Assembly: GCF_001194135.2 (NCBI RefSeq)
Contig: NC_068994.1
Coordinates: 18,122,370 to 18,159,010, forward strand
DNA: 36,641 bases
Source: Octopus bimaculoides
Taxonomy: Eukaryota
Reading direction: 5' to 3'
Made by a program: the position numbers and the translations under genes. Positions 10,441 through 20,554 of the stretch are shown here, piece after piece. The notes below the pieces were generated by a model, which was given only the letters and a program-made list of their open reading frames with translations, was not told the origin of the DNA and made no database searches. The stretch's first letter is position 1, and each line of letters opens with the position of its first letter.

Positions 10441-10840
10441 AGGCGCAGGAATGGCTGTGTGGGAAGTAGCTTGCTTACCAACCACATGGTTCCAGGTTCA
10501 GTCCCACTGCATGGCACCTTGGGCAAGTGTCTTCTACTATAGCCTCAGGCTGACCAAAGCCTTGTGAGTGGATTTGGTAGACGGAAACTGAAAGAAGCCC
10601 GTCGTATATATGTATATATATATGTGTGTGTGTGTGTGTTTGTGTGTCTGTGTTTGTCCCCCTAGCATTGCTTGACAACCGATGCTGGTGTGTTTATGTC
10701 CCCGTCACTTAGCGGTTTGACAAAAGAGACCGATAGAATAAGTATTAGGCTTACAAAGAATAATTCCCGGGGTCGATTTGCTCGACTAAAGGCGGTGCTC
10801 CAGCATGGCTGCAGTCAAATGACTGAAGCAAGTAAAAGAG
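10441..10840 (+). mobile_element. SINE family A, young full-length copy
   Basis: tRNA-like head GGCGCAGGAATGGCTGTGTGG..GGTTCAGTCC, internal (TA)(GT) microsatellite, CpG-retaining body, GTAAAAGAG tail. Confidence 0.9.
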
Positions 10841-10889
10841 CATATTCTGTTTTGGAGGGCTGCTGCGTGAGGAACTACAGATTAAATAC

Positions 10890-11060
10890 TAAGGTATTTC
10901 TCATACGGTGTTTACAATCACACTTGTATTATTTATGGTGGATTTCCTGACCTTAACGAAATTATTTAAATAATTCCTGACATTTTACAACTGATTTTAA
11001 AATGATATGCAGTGACACAGAGAGAGACGGAGAGAGAGAGGGAGAGAGAAAGAGAGTTAT
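10890..11060 (+). repeat. Unclassified dispersed repeat followed by (AG)n
   Basis: Inverted partner of 5865-6000. Confidence 0.7.
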
Positions 11061-11266
11061 ATAACCAAAGGTTCTTTTGTTTGTTTTATACTATGTTGAT
11101 GATGATGATGATGATGGTGGTGATGATGATGGTGGTGGTGATGATGAGGAAGATATTGAGCAAACTGCATGTAAGCTGAGACAATTTCAATGTAAGAGGC
11201 GTGCATGATAAAATTCTAGTTAGCATATATGGTTTGATACATGTACATACATGCAGATATATATAT

Positions 11267-12246
11267 NNNNNNNNNNNNNNNNNNNNNNNNNNNNNNNNNN
11301 NNNNNNNNNNNNNNNNNNNNNNNNNNNNNNNNNNNNNNNNNNNNNNNNNNNNNNNNNNNNNNNNNNNNNNNNNNNNNNNNNNNNNNNNNNNNNNNNNNNN
11401 NNNNNNNNNNNNNNNNNNNNNNNNNNNNNNNNNNNNNNNNNNNNNNNNNNNNNNNNNNNNNNNNNNNNNNNNNNNNNNNNNNNNNNNNNNNNNNNNNNNN
11501 NNNNNNNNNNNNNNNNNNNNNNNNNNNNNNNNNNNNNNNNNNNNNNNNNNNNNNNNNNNNNNNNNNNNNNNNNNNNNNNNNNNNNNNNNNNNNNNNNNNN
11601 NNNNNNNNNNNNNNNNNNNNNNNNNNNNNNNNNNNNNNNNNNNNNNNNNNNNNNNNNNNNNNNNNNNNNNNNNNNNNNNNNNNNNNNNNNNNNNNNNNNN
11701 NNNNNNNNNNNNNNNNNNNNNNNNNNNNNNNNNNNNNNNNNNNNNNNNNNNNNNNNNNNNNNNNNNNNNNNNNNNNNNNNNNNNNNNNNNNNNNNNNNNN
11801 NNNNNNNNNNNNNNNNNNNNNNNNNNNNNNNNNNNNNNNNNNNNNNNNNNNNNNNNNNNNNNNNNNNNNNNNNNNNNNNNNNNNNNNNNNNNNNNNNNNN
11901 NNNNNNNNNNNNNNNNNNNNNNNNNNNNNNNNNNNNNNNNNNNNNNNNNNNNNNNNNNNNNNNNNNNNNNNNNNNNNNNNNNNNNNNNNNNNNNNNNNNN
12001 NNNNNNNNNNNNNNNNNNNNNNNNNNNNNNNNNNNNNNNNNNNNNNNNNNNNNNNNNNNNNNNNNNNNNNNNNNNNNNNNNNNNNNNNNNNNNNNNNNNN
12101 NNNNNNNNNNNNNNNNNNNNNNNNNNNNNNNNNNNNNNNNNNNNNNNNNNNNNNNNNNNNNNNNNNNNNNNNNNNNNNNNNNNNNNNNNNNNNNNNNNNN
12201 NNNNNNNNNNNNNNNNNNNNNNNNNNNNNNNNNNNNNNNNNNNNNN
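11267..12246. other. Assembly gap (N run)
   Basis: 980 N. Other gaps: 13163-13172, 15823-15938, 36031-36382. Confidence 0.99.
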
Positions 12247-12621
12247 AAGAGTCTGAAAGTCCCTATCTCAAAGTTTTGGTTTACTTTCGAAGTTTTGTTT
12301 CAACGAGGACCTTTTTCCCTCTTTCTCAAAAGCTGTCATTACTTTCAAGACAGTACTTCTTCATACACCAAACATTTTGGCTGTTTTCATTACGCTAGTG
12401 CCTGCCACACAAGCACCAACAATTTGACCTCTTTGAAAGTCCGATAGATCTGTCATTTTAATGAATTTTAATTACCTTTTTCTGATGATATCTGAAAAGA
12501 AACAACAATTTTAGCAAAACATATTTAGCAACACTAATAATAAATCAAAAAGCATAAAAATAAACAAGCTTTTGATGGTTTTATAGATGCTAGGTGTTTC
12601 CATTATTTTGTCCAACCCCTG
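12247..12621 (-). mobile_element. Tc1/mariner transposon left end with transposase N-terminus (pseudogenised, runs into the gap)
   Basis: TA-CAGGGGTTGGACAAAATAATGGAAACACCT terminus at 12621; ATG at 12456 gives MTDLSDFQRGQIVGACVAGTSVMKTAKMFGV*RSTVLKVMTAFEKEGKRSS (Tc1 paired-like HTH). Confidence 0.88.
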
Positions 12622-12639
12622 TATATGTGTGTGCTTGTG

Positions 12640-13172
12640 AAGGCAGCTGGACCATCAGACATAGTCATTGCTAAGATGCTTAAAATATTTGGCTGAGTTG
12701 ATCATGTATTAGTGACTTACATCAATCAAGTTATAAAGAATAGATGCCATAACCAATAACTAGCATAACACTAACACAGTCAGCTGCTTCAGATGCATAA
12801 GAGTTACACTGAAGAAGGGGAGCTACAGAAGCACCATCAAATACTTGGCCCAGGTTATGACAGTTACTGAAAGAGTACAACTAATTAAGAAGAGAATTAA
12901 TCTAGAAAAGTCACAATTGAGTTTTGTGCCACAAAGAGCTACTACCAATATTCTTTTACTAGTGAGACAACAACAGGGAGAAAGCCACTATATATATATA
13001 TATATATATCAATTAGAAAATGGAGGATAATATGCTGAACCCAACTACTTGCAGACAGTGTATCCCGTTGAATTCATTAATTTAATTCGTAGCTAAAGTG
13101 ACAAAAAAAAAAAAAGAAAAAATCCAAAGTACAGGTGTTTATGACAAACCATGTTATTTTGCNNNNNNNNNN

Positions 13173-13208
<36 letters not shown>

Positions 13209-13540
13209 CATTTAGTGATTTGGAGAAGGCCTTTGGCAGTTTCATGCCTTGTATTCTGATGTTTGCTATTGAAACTTGGGATAGATGAATGGTTTGAGAG
13301 GTTTGTGAAGGCTATGTACAAGAGTACTGTCAGCAAGTTGAAAATTCTGCCGTGGATTCAGTGACAAATTTAGCATATAGGTTAGGTCAGTCCTCTGCAT
13401 GTTCCTGTTTATTATATTTCTACAGGCATACAGGAACTCCAGTATACCATTGATATTCTTCATATGAGTGAATCTGCAGATTTAGAGAAGAAATGCAGCC
13501 TTAGTTTAGAAATAAAGGTTACTAGTTTGAATCCAGCTTG
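12640..13540 (+). mobile_element. RTE RT fragment, heavily decayed, interrupted by (TA)n and a gap
   Basis: KAAGPSDIV..ML, LSFVPQRATT, SDLEKAF, KLGIDEWFERFVKAMYK. Confidence 0.7.
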
Positions 13541-13589
13541 GTGCTGTGTACATATTCTTATGATGATCAGAGATCAAACTAATGCATAC

Positions 13590-13860
13590 ATAATGTGGAT
13601 GGAAATATTGGTTTCAAATTTTGGCACAAGGCCAGCAATTTTGGGAGAGGGAGTAAGTTGATTACATCGACCCCAATGCTCAACTGGTGCTTATTTTATC
13701 AAGTCCAAAACAGTTTTTGAAAGAAAGGGGTTAGTTGATACCATTAACCCAGGAGGAAAGTCGATCTTGGCAGAATATGAACTTAGAACTTAAAGAAGCA
13801 AAACTAAATGTTACAAAGCATTTTGTCCAACACTCAACCAATTCTGCTCATCCAATGTCC
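13590..13860 (-). mobile_element. SINE family B, antisense
   Basis: TTGGTTTCAAATTTTGGCACAAGGCCAGCAATTT..GATTACATCGACCCC..CAACTGGTGCTTATTTTATC. Confidence 0.75.
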
Positions 13861-13984
13861 TGCCTGAGGCTAAATAATGACAACTGGCAGTTTAATTCTG
13901 GAATGTGTTTAAAACTATGCAGAATTTGAAGTAATGACATTAAAGACTGACAATGAATGTTACAGTTATGACAATGAAGGTTAC

Positions 13985-14265
13985 AGTTGATCTGATCAAT
14001 TGAACAGCTTGCTCATGAAATTAACATGCAAGTGGCTGAACGCTCCACAGACATGCATACTCTTAATGTAGTTAGTTCTCAGAGAGATTCAGTGTGACAC
14101 AGAATGTGAGAAGGCTAGCACTTTGAATTACAGGTACAACTCAGTTTTTGCCAGCTGACTGGACCGGAGCAGTGTGAAATAAAGAGTCTTTCTCAAGGGT
14201 ACAATGTATCACCTGGAATCGAACTCACCATCTTATGATTGTGAGCTAATTACCCTAACCACCTT
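13985..14265 (-). mobile_element. OR-like tRNA SINE, antisense
   Basis: TTAACATGCAAGTGGCTGAACGCTCCACAGAC..GGAATCGAACTC..CTAACCAC (antisense tRNA head). Confidence 0.75.
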
Positions 14266-14609
14266 CACAGTAACAACACTCTGTTGCTACAATACTACTT
14301 TTATTACAAGAAAATATAAACAGCACTTACTCAACTCAACACATTCTTAGCACTTCTTTCTTCTACATAAAGAATATTAGAGATGCAATGCACTCTTTCT
14401 GAAGTAAATATAAAAACACAGCACAAAAAAGGAGAAGCAATCTAGACCATGCAACCTACATCCAATCGCTTTCAAATGTATGATTTTTGGTTGCCTTGTT
14501 ATATGTTGCTTTTCTGTGTTGATGAACACAACTTGGTATATTGTCTGTTGTCTTAAATAACTCACTTCAACATGTCTTGATGTTGAAACTGGATTAATTT
14601 TCAGCGGTT

Positions 14610-14837
14610 AACAGTGTGCAACGTGTATGGATATGAGTGTGTGGTGTTTAAATATGTACGTGTGAGTGTGTGTGTGTGTGTATGAATAAATATGAGTATG
14701 AATACACATGTATATGTTTGTAAGAATGTATATGTACATATGGATATATATATATATGTGCGCATATGGGCACATGCACTTATATATATGTATATGTATA
14801 TATGTGTGTGTGTGCATATATATCTATTCTTGTATGC

Positions 14838-14892
<55 letters not shown>

Positions 14893-14960
14893 AATATTAA
14901 TATGTATGAAGATACACTCCTGCATACACATACACACATACATATACTTACATTCACACA
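14610..14960. repeat. Compound (TG)/(TA)/(CA) microsatellite field
   Basis: Directly visible. Confidence 0.92.
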
Positions 14961-15746
14961 CACTAGAGGACATATAGAAATAGCTTATCATTGTCAAAAA
15001 CTAACATGATTTCTGTTATGGTTGTACTTCTCAAATGACAATTTATATTACCGATGTCTTCTACAATTACCTTATCTTGACTGTAAAGATAACAGCAATT
15101 AATGTGCTCACAACAGTGGTAAATACTCTTGAAGTACGCTACCATTTCTTTCAGTGGAAACAGACAGAATATAGTTTGTTGATAGCAATTTATGACAAAT
15201 GAAAAGAAAAACCTAATTTTCCAAATTCCACAAGAGATTTGCATGTCATAAACAGAGAGTCAAGTAGATAAGTGATAAGAAAATACTTCACCTTGGTAAA
15301 AACTACATAACAAAAGATCATATTATGTGAAGAATCATACTTTCAGAAGTTTCAAGCCATCATTTACACATGGTAAAGTTAGTGTCAGTGTGAAGAGGCC
15401 TCTGTGTATCTATTTCATTAATGGACTGGTGCGAGAGGGTTGTACATGTATAGGGCTGTCAAATAAATTTGTTTCTTTTTTCTTTTTTTTTCTTTTAATT
15501 GGCACTCCATTGTCAATGAGGTAAAATTTATTCAAATTTCAAAAACAGTAAGCAAAAGAACAATAGAGCTCTAAAAAATCCCCCAAAATCCTATAAACAC
15601 TATGATACAATATTTTTCATGTTAATTTAAATAACATTGAAAAAAATTTACATAAATAGGAAAAAGATGTTGTTATACTTGGGGATGGTCATATTTTGCC
15701 AATTAAACACACACACACTCTTTACTTGGTTTTCACTTCTGCTTTA

Positions 15747-15749
<3 letters not shown>

Positions 15750-15822
<73 letters not shown>

Positions 15823-16026
15823 NNNNNNNNNNNNNNNNNNNNNNNNNNNNNNNNNNNNNNNNNNNNNNNNNNNNNNNNNNNNNNNNNNNNNNNNNNNNNN
15901 NNNNNNNNNNNNNNNNNNNNNNNNNNNNNNNNNNNNNNACTGTATTGAAAGTGTTTTGCGTAGGATGTGTGCAATGCCCAGTAGTGCAATTTTCTGTATG
16001 TTATATATATTTGTAAGTCCTGGTGT

Positions 16027-16074
<48 letters not shown>

Positions 16075-16075
16075 T
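15750..16075. repeat. (ATT)n tracts around an N gap
   Basis: ATT runs at 15750-15822 and 16030-16075. Confidence 0.92.
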
Positions 16076-16479
16076 TAGTTTCTTTGTCAAAGCTTTGTCA
16101 CATACCCTGTGACCTCTTCAATGATTCTTTTACCCCATGTGTTTCCTCTACATGTACACATACTAAAGACCAAATGAAAAAGAAAAAACAGCAACAAATA
16201 AATAAGAAAATAACCAAATAAATAAAATAACTAGATAGAAGACACGGGTACAAACAGTGTAGTAAGCAAATTCATATACATGCACACAAAACACACATAC
16301 ATGCAACACACACATGCATGCACACACATACATGCAAATGACTGCATAGCTAAGGATACATACCATAGAAAGACAAAATAGATTAAGCAGAACAAAAGGA
16401 GACATGTGGGATAAAGAGTTGTTGAAGAGGTTACAGAATGTTTGATGAAAGAGCTTTGACTAAAACAAAAATGATGATA

Positions 16480-16700
16480 ATAATAATCCTTTCTACTAAA
16501 GATACAAGGTCTGAAATTTGGAGGGAGGGGATTAGTCGATTACATTGACCCCTAATGTTTCACTGCTACTTGATTTATCAACCCCGAAAGGATGAAAGGC
16601 AAAGTTACCTTGGTGGAATTTGAGCTCAGACCACAGCAACGGGTGAAAAACTGCTAAGTATTTCATCCAGCATGTTAACGATTCTGCCAGCTCGCCTCCT
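16480..16700 (-). mobile_element. SINE family B, antisense
   Basis: AAAGGATGAAAGGCAAAG..GGAATTTGAGCTCAG..TTCTGCCAGCTCGCC. Confidence 0.8.
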
Positions 16701-16718
16701 CAATAATAATAATAATAA

Positions 16719-17030
16719 GAGGCACCTTTTCCTATGACATATAATAGGCACCTTTGCCAATGACAGTAAAAGGTACCCATGCTAGTAACACGTAATATGC
16801 ACCTGTGCCAGTGACATGCAAAAGGCACCCATGCCAGTGACATATAAAAGCCAACTGTGCTGGTGACACATAAAAGGCACCTGGTACACTCTATGAAGTG
16901 ATTGGCATTAGGAAGAGCATCCAGCCATAGAAACCAAGCCAAAACAGATTGAATCCAGCTTACTAGTTCCAGTCAAACCATCTAACCCATGCCAGCATGG
17001 AAAATGGCTGCTAAATAATGATGATGATGA
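16719..17030 (+). mobile_element. Family C repeat with internal ~26-bp tandem array and (GAT)n tail
   Basis: Six GGCACC..GCCAGTGACAC.TAAAA-like units, then TTGGCATTAGGAAGAGCATCCAGCC. Confidence 0.75.
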
Positions 17031-17077
17031 ATGCCTTCAATAACCCATCCACTCATCTATCCATATTTCTCTTTCCA

Positions 17078-17385
17078 CTATTCCTGGGAGGGTTGTGAGA
17101 GTGGAGTCCCCAGGAGCCTTCTCCTCAGGGTCCTATCAGAAGCAACTGTCATTAGACTTTCCTGCTGAATTCCCAAGTACAATGAACTGAGATTATGGAT
17201 ATTATCCAACCATCTCATTCTCAGTCTGGCTGTTGGTCTTCTACCAGTTGACTTCGTTTGAAGAATCCACTTTGCAAGCCTTTCCTGCAACATTCTAATC
17301 ACATGTCCATAGTATCAGAACTGTGACCTCTCAATTCCGAGAAGTAGCGACTTGATTTGGAGTCACCTCCTGACCACTGAGCTCT
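17078..17385 (-). mobile_element. RTE LINE 3' terminal fragment
   Basis: GHVIRMLQERLAKWILQTKSTGRRPTARLRMRWLDNI; related copies at 28865-29185 and 34440-34720. Confidence 0.85.
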
Positions 17386-17472
17386 ATACTCATGATTTTT
17401 ATCTGGAATTTCAGATCGAAAATGATTCTTGTATTTATTTGTTTAATTAATTAATGTTTTTTATATCTTCAG

Positions 17473-17601
17473 CTGGATTTTAAATATCGTCTACCAACTC
17501 CTATGGTAACCCTAATGCATTGTGGTAAATTAACCTCAGGAAAACTAAATACATTCAAAGAAATCATGATTCTTCCTGCACCAAATGTGTCAGTTAAAGA
17601 G
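17473..17601 (+). CDS. ENO4: Internal coding exon of an enolase-4-like gene (43 codons, phase 0-0)
   Basis: TTTTTTATATCTTCAG acceptor and GAG|GTATGT donor. LDFKYRLPTPMVTLMHCGKLTSGKLNTFKEIMILPAPNVSVKE aligns to the enolase [28 protein letters not shown] segment and, as recalled, best to the ENO4-type MVSLVSCGKSSSGKLNLMKEVICIP. Confidence 0.8.
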
Positions 17602-18007
17602 GTATGTGACTGATATTATTACAACAATATGCTCCACTATTTTTTTTTGGTGGAATTCTGGTTTAAGCACTCCATATAACCCCTCATAACTTTTTTTCAT
17701 TTTTGGGAATATTCAGAAAATCTTTTGCAAATATGTGTTCCATATACAGGAATTCATATGATTACGTAAAAACATGTATGTGATTTAAGTGCTATTTAGC
17801 TATTATTTTTAGCACATCTCACAACCACTTGTTACCCTCCTCATTTCTGTATCACTCCGATGTCTTGATGTTTTTCAATATCTTTCTCCCCATAAACACA
17901 CTTGATGGTCTATTGCTGGGATTTAAGCAAAAAATTCAGACAATTTTAAACTCAGATTTATAGAGTGTACTGGGTCCTTTTCACATGGAACCAGCACTAA
18001 CAATGTT

Positions 18008-18277
18008 CAGTTCTATATTTAAGAGATGAGGAATTATGTACATTATTTATATTATTTACATTTGACAGATATTTGTCCTCATCTTGTTTATTGTTAACAC
18101 GTTTCAGCTGATATACCCTCCAGCCTTCATCAGGTGTCTTGGTGAAATTTTGAACCTAGTTTTTGTATTTTCCAGTGGTGTTCTCTATTATTTTAACTTC
18201 CCACAGGGGGAGGTGGTTTCCATTTTTCCATACATGATCAGCTATACCCGATTTATCAATATCTCCTCGTGTCACAG
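18008..18277 (-). mobile_element. Penelope-like element 3' end, left (inverted) arm: GIY-YIG C-terminal fragment joined by internal deletion to the pLTR 3' part
   Basis: Minus strand VTRGDIDKSGIADHVWKNGNHLPLWEVKII-(frameshift)-HHWKIQKL, then GTTCAAAATTTCACCAAGACACCTGATGAAGG.. inverted with respect to 18592-18712. Confidence 0.8.
18093..18140 (-). ncRNA. Minimal type I hammerhead ribozyme motif, degenerate at the cleavage site
   Basis: AAGACAC-CTGATGA-A-GGCTG(GAGGGTATAT)CAGCT-GAAAC-GT-GTTAAC: core boxes and helix II intact, 2-nt deletion at the cleavage site. Confidence 0.65.
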
Positions 18278-18436
18278 GAAAATACAAAAGCTAAAAGAAG
18301 CAGCATGTATGTTAGGTCACAACAACCTCCTAAGCAGACTGAGTGCAGATATGAGTAGCATATGGGAACCAGTATTAAGGAAGGATAGGAAAATATTAGA
18401 TTTATAAGCCCTAAAATTCACTCCATAATTGCCTTA

Positions 18437-18512
18437 CAGGCATATGGCGTAGTGGTTAAAAGTGCGGGCTACTAACCCCAAGATTCCGAGTTTGATTCCA
18501 GGCAGTGACCTG
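18437..18512 (+). promoter_or_regulatory. tRNA-like Pol III internal promoter inside the Penelope pLTR
   Basis: A box TGGCGTAGTGG (18445-18455), anticodon-loop-like GGG-CTACTAA-CCC, B box GAGTTTGATTCC (18488-18499, one CpG-type change from GAGTTCGATTCC). Confidence 0.7.
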
Positions 18513-18615
18513 AATAATAATGATAATAATAATAACAACAACAGCAACAACAACAACAACAACAACAACATCGAAAAATACCTTAGGAATAAGAACCCAA
18601 GTTTTAAATTTCCCC

Positions 18616-18662
18616 AAGACACCTGTGAAGGCTGGAGGGTATATCGGCCAAAATGTTGTGTT
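18616..18662 (+). ncRNA. Minimal hammerhead ribozyme motif, degenerate core
   Basis: AAGACAC-CTG-TGA-A-GGCTG(GAGGGTATAT)CGGCC-AAAAT-GT-T-GTGTT: helices I and II retained, core mutated. Confidence 0.55.
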
Positions 18663-19569
18663 AACAACAAACAAGATGAGGACAAATATCCATCAAATGT
18701 AAATAATGTACTAACAGAGTTGTCACATATCTTGCAAGACAAAAAGCCCCTCATCTGGGAGGGTCGAGTAGTGGTGGCTTTGTCCCAGTGGAAGATTGAT
18801 GGGTGGTGGCTTTGTCCCAGCTGATGAGAGATTCATCAAGGTGTTGAGGGGTAGGGATAGATGTCTTGCTGTAAGAGTAGATGCATGGACACCCCAGTTG
18901 GATGAGAAAGAAGAGTGAGTTAGAGAGTAAGATAAAGAGAGCAATAGTGCACATACACACATTGCATCTTACATTTGAAAGAAAATATTGGCTTTGCTAA
19001 AGTCTGTCCACATAAGGAATGCTATATTTACAATACTAACTGTATTTGCTATCCACATCGCATGAACCAACTTTTTGTGAAGATGAGATGGAATGTTTTC
19101 ACAACAACATTTTTCCTATGAAAAAGAAAACATCATTTTGCTCATTTTACTTTTAGTTAAGTTACTGAAATGTAAATAAAGATGTAAAGATATTTTAATA
19201 ATATCTCAAGACATTCTGAAGCAGTTTCACAAAACCCTTTACAAAATAAATGGTAAACAAAGAACTCACTTATTTCTTCTTGTACAATCTGTTTATATAT
19301 TAAATCTAAACAATCTTCTGTCATAGCAACTCATAGTTTATTGCTTGCACTTATTTCATTTCCCAACCAAGGTTGACCTACCCTATTTTCAGTTGTTGAA
19401 TCAAACACTGGATTTTTTTTTTTTTAATTTGGCAACATTTTAAAGAAATGAAACCAAAGAATTTGGCATTTTTATACATTTCTCTTGAACATGGAATCTG
19501 TTCTATCTAATCCAATTTTATTTGAGTTAAATAGATGACTGGCAGACATTCTACTTCAAACAACAAATA

Positions 19570-19790
19570 ATATTGGTTACAAATTTTGGCAGAAAGTCAG
19601 TAATACCAGGGTAGGGGATGGGGTAAGTCAATTGCATCAACCCAGCGATCAACTGGTACTTATTTTATTAACTCTAAAAGGATGAAAGGCAAAGTTGCCC
19701 TCGGCAGAATATGAACTCAGTACATAGAAATAAATGAAATGCTGTTAAGCACTGCGTCCAGTGTGCTAACAGTTCTACCAGCTCACTGTT
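19570..19790 (-). mobile_element. SINE family B, antisense
   Basis: CAACTGGTACTTATTTTATT..AAAGGATGAAAGGCAAAGTTG..GAACTCAG; a further fragment lies at 20400-20490. Confidence 0.8.
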
Positions 19791-20121
19791 CTCAAAAAAC
19801 AAGTGATGTTAAAAAGCAATACATATGTCTATTCTATGATGGAGTTGTGTGATCTGATCCACTGAGCAAGTCTTTATCTCTTAATTTTTGTGGATAGTAA
19901 ATGGTTGAGGAACTAATCACTCCATAGACAGGAAACAAGAAAGCAGTATGGCAAGGAACCAAATCCTGCTGTTACACATGTGTCCTTCCAGTAGCAACCC
20001 TCTCCAGCCAGCCAGAGATTGACCACAGTCTCCAGCAGCTTCACATAGCTGCCATAATTGAGTCTAAGGTCCTTTTGAGTTCTAAGGCCCTAATTGAGTT
20101 CAGACATGTGGAGATTACCTG

Positions 20122-20277
20122 ATGACAGCTGCTGCTACTGTTGCTGCTACCACCACTGTCACTATTGCTGCTGCTACCACCACTGTCACTATTGCTGCTG
20201 CTGCCACCACTGTCACTATTGCTGCTGCTGCCACCACTGTTGCTGTCACTGTTGCTGTCACTGCTGCTGCTGCTGTT
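20122..20277. repeat. Degenerate (GCT)/(CAC) triplet repeat with ~27-bp higher-order unit
   Basis: CCACCACTGTCACTATTGCTGCTGCT repeated three times, plus partial units. Confidence 0.85.
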
Positions 20278-20345
20278 GATAGTTTTAAGGATTTTAATGA
20301 TATTCAGTACATAAAATTTACTTTACCAAGAGGAAATGGTGGTAG

Positions 20346-20381
<36 letters not shown>

Positions 20382-20554
20382 TGAGGAGTAAAGAAAAATT
20401 AACCCAAGAACTGAACTGGTACTTTCTTCATTGGTCCTGAAAGGATGAGAGGCAAAGTTGATCTAAGGGGCATCTTGAAAACAGAGCATAAAGAGTTAAA
20501 ATGATGATAATAAGAACTAAAGAAGTTCATCCTGGCACATAGTATTTATATTGT

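Larger units (their letters stand above)
18278..18712 (+). mobile_element. Penelope-like element 3' end, right arm: GIY-YIG C-terminus plus pLTR
   Basis: KIQKLKEAACMLGHNNLLSRLSADMSSIWEPVLRKDRKILDL* (stop 18405-18407), then tRNA-like segment, (AAT)/(AAC)n and hammerhead-like motif. Confidence 0.8.

Noticed and set aside
11201-12447. Long ORFs of 351-398 aa (also 15637-16016 and 35939-36501)
   Set aside because: Made of N runs translated as X.
12476-12491. Minus-strand 16-nt microexon (TTTTCAG|ATATCATCAGAAAAAG|GTAATT)
   Set aside because: Lies inside the Tc1 5' region with no supporting gene; the overlapping plus-strand CTGATGA..GAAA has no helix II, so it is not a hammerhead either.
16719-16875. 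CRISPR-like periodic array
   Set aside because: Contiguous tandem units without unique spacers, eukaryotic context, no cas genes.
18437-18512. Functional tRNA gene
   Set aside because: No convincing acceptor stem, short anticodon stem, no oligo-T terminator; followed by a microsatellite.
18771-18840. 18-bp direct repeat GTGGTGGCTTTGTCCCAG x2 followed by CTGATGA
   Set aside because: No GAAA box, so not a hammerhead; a simple local duplication.
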